Shown one piece after another: positions 18,478-27,222 of a stretch of DNA of 64,000 nt. The stretch comes from a virus. Taxonomy: Duplodnaviria > Caudoviricetes. Location of the stretch: the IMG/VR virus record IMGVR_UViG_3300025163_000238, positions 67,002-131,001 of that record; one strand, given 5' to 3'. A program made the position numbers and the translations under genes. Position 1 is the stretch's first letter, and each line of letters opens with the position of its first letter. Under the pieces are notes generated by a model. The model worked only from the letters and a program-made list of their open reading frames with translations. It was not told the DNA's origin and did no database searches.

Positions 18478-18949
18478 TAGTGTTCAGAAAAGGAGGTTCC
18501 CATTGTACAGTGTACTTTACTACAGAGGCCAGCTCACTGCGGATTTCACATTTAAGTCAGTTGCTTCAGGGCTTTTATATGCTCTTCTATGGTTGTTTGG
18601 TGATGTCAACGATGCTGTCATTGCTTTGCTAGCATTAATGACCCTCGACGTCGCGTTAGGCTTATCAGTCGCTATTAAATATCATGACGTCTCTTCAGAC
18701 AAACTACGGCAAGGTGCGGTAAAGTTTTTATTGTATTTTGTGTTGATCATAGCTGCTAACTGCGTTGACAAGGTTGTAGCTCTTGTACCACTTATGAGCC
18801 AAATAGTACAGATCAGGAGTTTCACCATGATTTATCTAGCGGTATCTGAAGGGATTAGTGTCCTTGAGAACCTTTCAGCACTTGGCGTGGCTGTGCCTAA
18901 AGTGATGCTCAAAAGACTCCGTCGGTTCAAGCAAAGCATGGAGAGGTAA
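18464..18949 (+). CDS. Phage holin (holin-4/TcdE-like)
   Basis: Several TM segments; SSDKLRQGAVK and EGISVLENLSALGVAVP signature. Confidence 0.88.
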   Translation: MGTTNSVQKRRFPLYSVLYYRGQLTADFTFKSVASGLLYALLWLFGDVNDAVIALLALMTLDVALGLSVAIKYHDVSSDKLRQGAVKFLLYFVLIIAANCVDKVVALVPLMSQIVQIRSFTMIYLAVSEGISVLENLSALGVAVPKVMLKRLRRFKQSMER

Positions 18950-20197
18950 ATGGCACGAATCATAATGTGCCCTGATGACAAGCCAGGGACGTGGATTACA
19001 TTAAAAACAGGGAGACGTGTCTGTATTCACTACATCAAGAAAAATGGTGGATGGGAAAAGATTTCGGCTGTCATACCAGCAGCGAAAGTTTTGGGTGGCG
19101 TTACAGTAGCAGCTATAGCTGCTGCGATCCTGCGGAGAAAGCCACCATTGATTAAAGACATTCGAAAAGTTGCTGTGATTCACGGAAGAACTGAGTTTGC
19201 ACTTAATAAGTGGTACCAGACTATAATGAGCGCGTGGATGGGGATGAAATCAATTCCTCCTGTAGTTTCTAGTGCAAAGCCACCAAAGTTACTAAAATCC
19301 GCGGCTTTAATATACACACCACACCCCGGGGCTATGGCAGTGAAGGCTGAGAAGATTATTGGCCATAGAGAAATGATGAAGCTGATTAGCGATAAGTTTA
19401 AGTTCTCACGGTTATTTCACAAGCATCCGGAACGTCATTTAGATACCTATTTAGCGTCTAACTTCAAGAATGTGGATGAGATGAGGAATTACTTCGCTTC
19501 ATCAGGTAAGTCTTTTATACTGAAACCAAGATTTGGGTCACTTGGGACTCTTAAAGACTTCCCTAACGGTGAGTGGTCAAACAAAGCAATCGAAAAGTAT
19601 ATCAAGTCTTACGGTGCTGATGACGTGGTTGTACAGGAACTGGTACCTATTGCAAACGAGTTTCGGGTGCATGTAGTAAACGGTAAGGTTTACGCTGTAA
19701 TGCACAGGTGGGGTCCTCCTGGAGGACTTGGGAAGGTATGGCGTGAAAACATTCCGTTTGGGAATGTTGTGTTCCCAGTATGGCATAAAGATGACATCGT
19801 AAAATTCACAGAGAAGGCAATTCAACCTTGGGGGAAGAAACTTCATGCTGGGCTGGATGTCATTCAACTCCCAGATGGGAGCTATAAAATCTTGGAAGCA
19901 AATCCTCTTCCTGCTTCTTTCTTACACCCCTATGTATCCAGAAAGTTCCACAGAGCGGTAACTGGTGTCTGGACCGCGGACATACAAGCACTAGCTGCAG
20001 TAGGGGGCGTGGTTGGCGCCTGGGCTACAATTTCAGGAACAAGGGAACTTGTGAACAAGAGGAAGAGGGATTATCCTGAAATAGTGACTTTCAAAGGGAA
20101 TAAAGGTTTTTGGGTAACATTAGAAACAGGCAAGAAAATCTTTATTCCTCTAAAGTACGTAAGCGATTACATCAGAGAGAGGTGGTTCACCTGGTGA
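18950..20197 (+). CDS. RimK-like ATP-grasp ligase flanked by two tag motifs and two hydrophobic helices
   Basis: DKFK, FILKPRFGSLG, VVQELV, EFRVHVVNGKV, GLDVI, ILEAN. Confidence 0.82.
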   Translation: MARIIMCPDDKPGTWITLKTGRRVCIHYIKKNGGWEKISAVIPAAKVLGGVTVAAIAAAILRRKPPLIKDIRKVAVIHGRTEFALNKWYQTIMSAWMGMKSIPPVVSSAKPPKLLKSAALIYTPHPGAMAVKAEKIIGHREMMKLISDKFKFSRLFHKHPERHLDTYLASNFKNVDEMRNYFASSGKSFILKPRFGSLGTLKDFPNGEWSNKAIEKYIKSYGADDVVVQELVPIANEFRVHVVNGKVYAVMHRWGPPGGLGKVWRENIPFGNVVFPVWHKDDIVKFTEKAIQPWGKKLHAGLDVIQLPDGSYKILEANPLPASFLHPYVSRKFHRAVTGVWTADIQALAAVGGVVGAWATISGTRELVNKRKRDYPEIVTFKGNKGFWVTLETGKKIFIPLKYVSDYIRERWFTW

Positions 20198-20274
20198 AGC
20201 GCTTTAAGTAGCCTTTTTTCAAGTCACGTACATACGCTTTACTAAGTCGTAAGGTCTGCCCTAACAGTACCTCA

Positions 20275-20679
20275 CTAGGAGCCTATTACCATTACTCTAA
20301 CACCTGTAAGGTTACTAAGATTGCAACCAGCAGCTACTTCTCGTGCTTTGCCCGCACGAACTGTTATTATGTCCCCATTAGCTGCGGTCGATGTAACTTG
20401 TACGTCACCACTATCCACAGACGCACCGCCATCATGAGTGCCTACCTTCTCACCGCCTTGGGGATATAAAACTTTAATTTTATTATTAGTATAGTCAAAT
20501 TCGAATATGTAACCGCCCTTACTAGGTGCATCGACAAAATCAAAATGCTGTAATCCCAAAGTTGAAGGTTTTAGCTCTTCCCCACCAGGATGATAAAAAA
20601 AACCGAAATCAACATCGAAAAATAACACTCTTTTGTTCCCAAAAACGGTGTACTTTTTATTTCTTATAGTGAGTGCCAC
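20275..20679 (-). CDS. Putative virion structural/decoration protein
   Basis: MALT start, beta-rich, Y.PGGE and EVAAG.NLS...VRVMVIG pattern recalled from small phage head proteins. Confidence 0.5.
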   Translation of the reverse strand: MALTIRNKKYTVFGNKRVLFFDVDFGFFYHPGGEELKPSTLGLQHFDFVDAPSKGGYIFEFDYTNNKIKVLYPQGGEKVGTHDGGASVDSGDVQVTSTAANGDIITVRAGKAREVAAGCNLSNLTGVRVMVIGS

Positions 20680-20715
20680 TTTTGCCCCCTGTTAGCCTAG
20701 TAATAATTTACCCCA

Positions 20716-22902
20716 TTACACTTTACCCTTATAAGTCACGTGTAGCTTCCCATCTGTCGATCCAACCCTTATCGCTTTGAAATTAGATATTTCAGTAGGA
20801 CTTGTTATCGTAATAGACTGACCAGAGTCTACATAGTGCCCCTCAGTAGAAGTAGGAGTTGACCCATCAACCCAGTACCGTATCGCACCCGCGTCTGGAT
20901 CCAAAGTACAGTAAGCTACCTTACAGTTCTTAATCTTATCAGGTGAGAACCCCACTGCTGTGGAGCCTACTGTGATGACTTCTTTGTCGTAAGCGACGTA
21001 TTCTTCACTTACGGGTGTCACAAGCAGTGCACCATTTCTTGCTTTCAAACGCCGCACTATCCCACACTTGTCCGCATCTTCGGCTATCAAACTTGGTCTG
21101 TAGTTCTTGTCTAATAAAGCGGTTTCGCTCACTACTTTTACTACTTTCGAATCCCAACTCAGGTCGTCGCTCTTATAGAATTTAACTGTAGTTCCATCCA
21201 TCCATACAAAGGCATATCCTGACTTCGGTCTATTTGTCTTTGCTCCGGAAATCGTGGGGTGGAGTGCCCAAATAGGAGATGGATATTGTTGTGTAATTGC
21301 AGCATCGGTAAGACCTTCCTGTGTCTGCCACCCCGACGGAGTTCTTTTTCGATACTGGACATTATAGTAGTCGGGGTTCGATCCCCAACCTTTTCCGGTC
21401 CAAATTACATGAACATTGTCTTGAGAATCTATAGCGATGGTTTGGTCGAACTGGTTGTAATTCACATCTGTTACCGCTTCTTGAGTTTGCCATCCCGATG
21501 AAGTTCTTTTTCTGTACTGGGTATTCGCATTTCCAGTGTTTGTCCCCCAACCCCAACCTTCCCAAACTATATGAATGTTATCTTGGGAATCTACTGCAAT
21601 TGAGGGGTAATATTGGTCATCGTCTTTATCTGTTACCGCTTCTTGTGCCTGCCAACCGGCACTGGTTCTTTTTCTGTATTGAATGTTGTAATAATCGGGG
21701 TTCGATCCCCAACCCCCACCTTCCCAAACTATATGAACATTGTCTTGGGAGTCTATAGCGATGGCGGGGTCGTATTGTTTATCGTCTTTATCCGTTAACG
21801 CTTCTTGTGCCTGCCAACCGGCACTGGTTCTTTTTCTGTATTGGATATTGTAGTAATTGGGGTTCGATCCCCAGCCCCCACCGTACCAAACTACATGAAC
21901 ATTGCCCTGGGAGTCTATAGCGATGGCAGGGTTATATTGAGTGCTGTCCTTGTCTGTTACCGCTTCTTGTGCCTGCCAACCAGAACTGGTCCTCTTTCTA
22001 TATTGAATATTGTTGTAGTTAGGGTTCGATCCCCAGCCTTTTCCGGTCCAAACTACATGAACATTGTCTTGGGAATCAACCGCAACCGAGGGGTAGTATT
22101 GGTGCCCTGACCCTGAGCTCACTTGTTCTTCAGTCCAAGTTTCACCATCAGGGGAGTAGGAAATATAGATCTGTTCGTACGTTCCATCTGAGCGACTATA
22201 AACACACCACAAAGTACCATCACTCGTTCTAGCCAGATTTCGTTGCGGTGTATAGGCTGTACTGTACTCAGACGCGCCTGTCTTTATCGTGTAAGATGGG
22301 TCAATGCTTATGGGGTAAGCAGCATTCTCAAGAAAAGCTTTATCGATCTTGATCGTTAGAGTTCCGTTTTTTAGTTCTACTTCCGCCTCAGTTGCTTGAC
22401 CAAGTCTGTCTTTTGCGATCACTGGGTTGAGATAAAGGATGTCTTCTTTTAAGACTTTTTTTCGGTTTCTTAACGCAAGGTGAGGTAACTCAACTTCACG
22501 GTAGAAGGCGTAGCCGCTACCCCGCCTTTCGCACTTTAGCCCCCTTATTTCGACACTGAAGGTCAGGATGTTATTTGGAGGCCTCTTCTTTAGAATGACT
22601 TCTTGCTCGAAAGACCATTCTTCAACGGGGTGTAATTGATTTCTCTCACAGTACCTTCTGTATCCCAAATCGTAGAGGTGTACTTCCTTCGAACTTTTGA
22701 TGAGTTTAATTTTCCCCTCTTCCTCTTTGAGCGCGAACGTACCTTCATCATCATCTAAAAACTTGAAGGAAGCACTTACACCCCGCCTCCTCACTTCCAC
22801 TTTTGGTTCAAGGCGGTTCTTCTCACCCGTGATAACTTCCCACTTTTCTCGTAGGTTGTTATTTTGAGTGTGTCTCCACGCTGAAGGACTTAGTTTCTCC
22901 AT
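20716..22902 (-). CDS. BNR-like beta-propeller repeat virion/adhesin protein
   Basis: YPISIDP domain boundary; five 54-aa repeats PAIAIDSQDNVHVVW; C-terminal IRYWVDGSTPT domain. Confidence 0.75.
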   Translation of the reverse strand: MEKLSPSAWRHTQNNNLREKWEVITGEKNRLEPKVEVRRRGVSASFKFLDDDEGTFALKEEEGKIKLIKSSKEVHLYDLGYRRYCERNQLHPVEEWSFEQEVILKKRPPNNILTFSVEIRGLKCERRGSGYAFYREVELPHLALRNRKKVLKEDILYLNPVIAKDRLGQATEAEVELKNGTLTIKIDKAFLENAAYPISIDPSYTIKTGASEYSTAYTPQRNLARTSDGTLWCVYSRSDGTYEQIYISYSPDGETWTEEQVSSGSGHQYYPSVAVDSQDNVHVVWTGKGWGSNPNYNNIQYRKRTSSGWQAQEAVTDKDSTQYNPAIAIDSQGNVHVVWYGGGWGSNPNYYNIQYRKRTSAGWQAQEALTDKDDKQYDPAIAIDSQDNVHIVWEGGGWGSNPDYYNIQYRKRTSAGWQAQEAVTDKDDDQYYPSIAVDSQDNIHIVWEGWGWGTNTGNANTQYRKRTSSGWQTQEAVTDVNYNQFDQTIAIDSQDNVHVIWTGKGWGSNPDYYNVQYRKRTPSGWQTQEGLTDAAITQQYPSPIWALHPTISGAKTNRPKSGYAFVWMDGTTVKFYKSDDLSWDSKVVKVVSETALLDKNYRPSLIAEDADKCGIVRRLKARNGALLVTPVSEEYVAYDKEVITVGSTAVGFSPDKIKNCKVAYCTLDPDAGAIRYWVDGSTPTSTEGHYVDSGQSITITSPTEISNFKAIRVGSTDGKLHVTYKGKV
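21300..22110 (-). repeat. Five tandem 162-bp coding repeats
   Basis: WQAQEAVTD...QY.PAIAIDSQDNVHVVW.G.GWGSNP.Y.NIQYRKRTS.G, near-identical at DNA level. Confidence 0.9.
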
Positions 22903-22904
22903 TC

Positions 22905-23426
22905 TTACCCCTTTATTTGTTCGTAAAGTTTGGTGCCTTTCTTAGCAAGCCCGACCTTGTCGGCACATGTCTCAAACACGATAAAACCAGTACGAGGATC
23001 AACAAGGTCTACCAAGATAAGCGCGGCCTTGTCTTTACTTTCGACAGGATTAAGCCTTACGTTCAAATAGGTCATATAAGGTTTTGGCTTCTTCATCCCT
23101 TTAGTTATATCCACAGGCTCCTCTTTTTTCATGAGTTGGATCAACTTTTTAAAAACAGTAGTGGTTCTAGGCTTAGCGGATTCACGCACTAAATATTGAG
23201 CGAAATTGGACTGTGCAAAGGCAACGTCACCCAACACCTGATGTGCAGCCGCTATTTTATCAACCGAGCCTTCGAACCGTAGTGCGGACAAAATAGCTTC
23301 TTTCAGTGAGTTGAAGCTTTTGGGGTGAGTTGCAACAGATACCAAACCAAGTCCACGAGTACCTAAGAAGACTGTAACACGTGGATTAGCCTTTTCAACA
23401 GCTAATACGACACCTTCTTTTTTCAT
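22905..23426 (-). CDS. Hypothetical protein
   Basis: 173-aa ORF coupled to its neighbours. Confidence 0.7.
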   Translation of the reverse strand: MKKEGVVLAVEKANPRVTVFLGTRGLGLVSVATHPKSFNSLKEAILSALRFEGSVDKIAAAHQVLGDVAFAQSNFAQYLVRESAKPRTTTVFKKLIQLMKKEEPVDITKGMKKPKPYMTYLNVRLNPVESKDKAALILVDLVDPRTGFIVFETCADKVGLAKKGTKLYEQIKG

Positions 23427-23746
23427 TCTTCCCTCTTGTACCTAGTTACTAAAGACACTCCTGCACCCGCGATTGCAATAATAACACCCGTCTTACTGAG
23501 TTTACTACCAAGCGTGCGATACCCAAACTTTGCAAAAGCAGTTCTACACCGTAACGTAAGTGATGCACCACTCCTAACGCCAACGGACGCTATAGCCGAT
23601 CCAACACCACTGACCCACCTGATAGCCCTTTTACTATTAGTCCATTTCTGATATGCTTTTATGTTCTTCTCTTCTATGAAGACACGTCTGCCTGTCCTTA
23701 ATGTGAACCAGGCGCCTCTCTTCCCCTTATAAGTAGTAATCCTCAT
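23423..23746 (-). CDS. Small tagged protein with two Gly/Ala-rich hydrophobic segments
   Basis: MRITTYKGKRGAWFTLRTGRRVFIE; start moved to ATG 23746 (GAGGGTG SD). Confidence 0.7.
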   Translation of the reverse strand: MRITTYKGKRGAWFTLRTGRRVFIEEKNIKAYQKWTNSKRAIRWVSGVGSAIASVGVRSGASLTLRCRTAFAKFGYRTLGSKLSKTGVIIAIAGAGVSLVTRYKREE

Positions 23747-23769
23747 GCTCTCACCCTCAGATCTTCTCC

Positions 23770-23798
23770 TTTCTAGCATCTGTTTAAAGAGTAGTCAA
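23770..23798 (-). promoter_or_regulatory. sigma70-like promoter
   Basis: TTGACT-17-TAGAAA with TG extension. Confidence 0.5.
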
Positions 23799-23799
23799 G

Positions 23800-26085
23800 T
23801 TACAAACGAGCCCTCACAAACAAGTGTGCTATCTTTCCGTGACTTGTTAATGGTGGTGACTCTATACACGCTTGTATTTCCCACCAACCTACTTTATCAA
23901 AGATGACACTCTTACGTCTTATCCTCGTAGGATCATCGTCAACGACAGCGTCCCACGCGCCTACTTGTCCGTCCGGTTTTCTGTATTTTATTTTCCACGC
24001 AGTTGCGGTAGATGTGTCACAGCCTACGTTCAGAATGACATCTACAACATCTCCCATAAACACACTAAGCATCCTACGAGCAGGTAACCCCTCCCCAGTG
24101 ATTGGACTGTCTAACACTAGTTCTCTTAGTGGCTCCGCGAGTAACCCAACCAACCACGCAACATCGATTTCTCTCGAAGTTAAGATCTTCCACACTATGT
24201 CACGTTCACATACTTTAGACAAAATAGCCCATAGTAGCTCTTTGTCTTTTTTGCTGAGAACTTTCCAAGATAGCTTCCTGCCCCCCTCGTTTAAGATCTT
24301 CCAAACAAAAGGAGTAGTTAGTTCCCTCAGTACTCGCCACGAAGCATCTTTATTCAACCAGTTAAGCAGTTTCCATGCCGCACCTAACTCGGTGCTAGTT
24401 AAAATCCTCCACTTGGAACTTAAATCATCTGTCGTAACTAACTTCCACATTAAGTCTCTTGATAAGGTGTATAGTAGAAGTATCTGCCAGGAGAGAGATT
24501 TGTCTTTAGTAGTAAGTAACTTCCAACTGCTCTGCCGACTAACTTCGGAAAGTAGCCTCCAAGCCGAAGTTGTATCTAAACTTGTCAATAGTTTCCAAGC
24601 AGTTGTTTTGTCTTTTGATACTAGTGATTTCCAAGACGTATCTCTCTTGGCCACGTTTAAGATTTTCCAAGTTGCATCTACGTCAAAGTATGTTACTAAC
24701 TTCCAAGCTATTAGTTTTGATACAATATTTGAAACTAATATTTGCCATGAAATATCCTTGCTCTTTGACAGAAGCAGTTTCCATGCCACCCCTTTGCCAA
24801 ATTCGTCCAGGATTTTCCATGCTGTAGCTTCATCGGACCGGGTCAGCAATTTCCACGATAAACTCAAGCCAAACTTATCTAAGATCTTCCATTGTGAGTT
24901 TGCTTCACTCGTATTGAGTAACTTCCAAGCCGGACTCATGTCCTGAGTGGTGAGCAGTTTCCACTCTATTACCCTTGAAATAGTTTTTGTAGCTAAGATC
25001 TGCCATGCAGTATCTTTGGTAAGTTCTTCAAAGATCTTCCATTGTGAGTTTAACTTTTCCTCGGTTAATAGTCTCCAAGATGAATATAAACTATAGACAT
25101 TTAATAACTTCCAAGCGGTAACTAAGTTAGAAGTAAGTTGGGTTATTTCTTCACTTCCGGCAGAACTAAAGGATGGTTCAGGACTCACAAACTTCCGTAA
25201 GGAAACTGAGTCAAGGTAATATCTCCCTTTGCGGTTATTACCACATGCGAAGCGCACTTTTTTGGTTATTACACTATTTACATAAAGTCCATAACTTCCC
25301 TTATCTATATCATCAATGTAGCATTTACAGGTATTATTCTCGTAGTCAACTTGCCATTCTATCTTATACCAAACGTGAGTTGATAGTGATTGTAGTGTGT
25401 GCCAAGATCCATCATAAACTCTGTAGTAATTAGCTTCTAACCGAGTATGAACTCTTTTACCATTAAAATCGAGGAATATATAAAATTCATTTTGATCTCC
25501 ATAAGGATTACTAGGAAATTTAAGCCAAAATGTCCATAAACAACTACATTCATCTATATTAGGATGATATATGTGGGGTGAATCTGTCACTACAGGGTCA
25601 TCAAATTCGACAGCATACTGCCCCTCTTGACTATCTGTAACAATACTAATTGAGCCTCCTTGAGGTTCAACTAACCATTTGTCTAAGTTACCACTTTCAA
25701 AGTCATCGAAGAAAATGAATGTATTGTCAGGATCACTTACATTACTCGCTTCAGAGTTTCCATAGTAACAGTAAATATCCGCATCACTATCTAGACTATC
25801 AGTAACTTTTACCCATATATGGGCTGTCCTATTAGGGCTTGTTCCTTCTACTTTTTCCACCCAAAAACTTAGTAGAGCAGTCCCATCATCATCAGTGAAT
25901 CTTAAATCTCCAGATTGATTCTTATCACTTGGGAAATTCGCTGAATGCCCCTCTACATGAAAATCACATCCAGAAGCACCAGAACTTTCACCTACTTTGA
26001 GAAGTACTTGATAATTAGTTCCAGCACCAGAGGAACCACTTATGGTTATTTTTTTTCTATACCGCCAACCAGTTAACCAACTCAT
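23800..26085 (-). CDS. DUF2341-like and lectin-like domains, Trp-periodic repeat stalk and C-terminal Ig-like domain (fibre/appendage protein)
   Basis: WLTGWRYRKKITI...NYQV, DLRFTD.DG..L.FWVE, YCYYGN, FIFFDDFE; about 27 W[KQR][IL]L repeats. Confidence 0.8.
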   Translation of the reverse strand: MSWLTGWRYRKKITISGSSGAGTNYQVLLKVGESSGASGCDFHVEGHSANFPSDKNQSGDLRFTDDDGTALLSFWVEKVEGTSPNRTAHIWVKVTDSLDSDADIYCYYGNSEASNVSDPDNTFIFFDDFESGNLDKWLVEPQGGSISIVTDSQEGQYAVEFDDPVVTDSPHIYHPNIDECSCLWTFWLKFPSNPYGDQNEFYIFLDFNGKRVHTRLEANYYRVYDGSWHTLQSLSTHVWYKIEWQVDYENNTCKCYIDDIDKGSYGLYVNSVITKKVRFACGNNRKGRYYLDSVSLRKFVSPEPSFSSAGSEEITQLTSNLVTAWKLLNVYSLYSSWRLLTEEKLNSQWKIFEELTKDTAWQILATKTISRVIEWKLLTTQDMSPAWKLLNTSEANSQWKILDKFGLSLSWKLLTRSDEATAWKILDEFGKGVAWKLLLSKSKDISWQILVSNIVSKLIAWKLVTYFDVDATWKILNVAKRDTSWKSLVSKDKTTAWKLLTSLDTTSAWRLLSEVSRQSSWKLLTTKDKSLSWQILLLYTLSRDLMWKLVTTDDLSSKWRILTSTELGAAWKLLNWLNKDASWRVLRELTTPFVWKILNEGGRKLSWKVLSKKDKELLWAILSKVCERDIVWKILTSREIDVAWLVGLLAEPLRELVLDSPITGEGLPARRMLSVFMGDVVDVILNVGCDTSTATAWKIKYRKPDGQVGAWDAVVDDDPTRIRRKSVIFDKVGWWEIQACIESPPLTSHGKIAHLFVRARL
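24145..25125 (-). repeat. About 27 twelve-residue W[KQR][IL]L repeats
   Basis: Counted directly in the translation. Confidence 0.9.
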
Positions 26086-26151
26086 TCTTAATCCTTAAGG
26101 TCTACTTTGAGTTCTCTTGAGTTGGACTTATAGACCTCAGTATAAAAGTTA

Positions 26152-26661
26152 TTAAGCATATTCTACTGTGAGAGTACCTTGGTCACTTGATGTATTTCCG
26201 GCACCTGCAGAAACAATCCGCTTCAGCCACACGCGTACTGCTTCACCAGGTGTGATGCCAGGAAGAGTTAACTTATTCGAGCTAGTGTAGTGACCAAACG
26301 AAATGTTCCCACCACCACTATCTGTAGGGGTGTCGCCTTCGTCAGTAATAGAAGGACCGTTCCAATCTGATGCGTGTGCCCCAACACTATCGTAGCCCAA
26401 ATCGATTTGGGTGTCAGGACTCGATGTTTCAATCGACATGTAAACCGCAACTTCAGTTGCGTAAGCATCCCCAGAGTTGTAGATGTCAATTGCCCTGTAT
26501 TCTACATCTCCTGCTTCAGCTTCGGCAGGAGACACGTTGTCAAATAGGTTGTTCATTGGAGTATCAGAGACTTCAGTGCTAGACATGACACCGCCCAACG
26601 AAGCGTTTGGGTCTGAATTCGTTGCTCCTCCTGTTAACCTAAACTCTAATGTAGCCGCCAT
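26152..26661 (-). CDS. Putative virion structural protein
   Basis: LTGGATNSDPNASLGG, NNLFDNVS..EA..GDVEYR, VWLKRIV; similar in plan to the ends of 39180..40583. Confidence 0.65.
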   Translation of the reverse strand: MAATLEFRLTGGATNSDPNASLGGVMSSTEVSDTPMNNLFDNVSPAEAEAGDVEYRAIDIYNSGDAYATEVAVYMSIETSSPDTQIDLGYDSVGAHASDWNGPSITDEGDTPTDSGGGNISFGHYTSSNKLTLPGITPGEAVRVWLKRIVSAGAGNTSSDQGTLTVEYA

Positions 26662-26697
26662 ACCTATCCCTCCTTTAAAGCTAGACTTCCTTCCTCG

Positions 26698-26726
26698 CTT
26701 GTAACTGTTATCAGCTATTCAGTCAA
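26698..26726 (-). promoter_or_regulatory. sigma70-like promoter
   Basis: TTGACT-17-TACAAG. Confidence 0.5.
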
Positions 26727-26738
26727 GTGGGGAACCAG

Positions 26739-27092
26739 TTATAAATGAGTCTTCACAAGTAGGTGGACTATTCGTCCATAGTTTTTCGCTATAGGTGTTT
26801 CTACACACGCCTGGATCTTCCACTGGCCCACTTCGTCGAAGACGACATTACTACATCTTATTTTTGTAGGATCATCGTCAAGGGTGGCGCTCCATTCACC
26901 TTTGCCCCCACTGGGTTTCTCGTACCTTATTTTCCACACAGTCGCGTTAGATACGTCACACCCTGTGTTTAGGATAACATCTACAACATCATCCACAAAA
27001 ACGTCACTTACCTCAAACTCTTCGCCTAAGCCTACCTCGTCGGTTATTCGACTCTCTAGCTCAAGCTTCCTCTTACAAAACGTTTCCGACAT
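26739..27092 (-). CDS. Stand-alone paralog of the C-terminal domain of 23800..26085
   Basis: DVVDVILNTGCDVSNATVWKIRYEKP versus DVVDVILNVGCDTSTATAWKIKYRKP; both have DDDPT.IR and W.IQAC.E. Confidence 0.85.
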   Translation of the reverse strand: MSETFCKRKLELESRITDEVGLGEEFEVSDVFVDDVVDVILNTGCDVSNATVWKIRYEKPSGGKGEWSATLDDDPTKIRCSNVVFDEVGQWKIQACVETPIAKNYGRIVHLLVKTHL

Positions 27093-27222
27093 TTAAGCGC
27101 TCCAAGCCTGGCTTCTTCTGTATTTCAATCTAGGCAATACTTAGACACTTCAAGCTCAAATTAAAGGGCTTACTTCTTGCCAGTGAAACCAAAATCATAG
27201 ATACTATCAGACGGAGGTAGCC

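Noticed and set aside
20595-20602. A8 homopolymer as a phase-variation switch
   Set aside because: The ORF is intact and a single 8-mer is not significant without read data.
21300-22110. Regular DNA repeats as a CRISPR array or DGR template/variable pair (also 51000-51820)
   Set aside because: In-frame coding repeats without unique spacers; no cas or reverse transcriptase gene in the window, and no adenine-restricted pattern was evident by eye.
23903-24946. 347-aa plus-strand ORF
   Set aside because: Antisense shadow of the Trp-repeat region (TTCCA gives FQ/FH periodicity); no SD.
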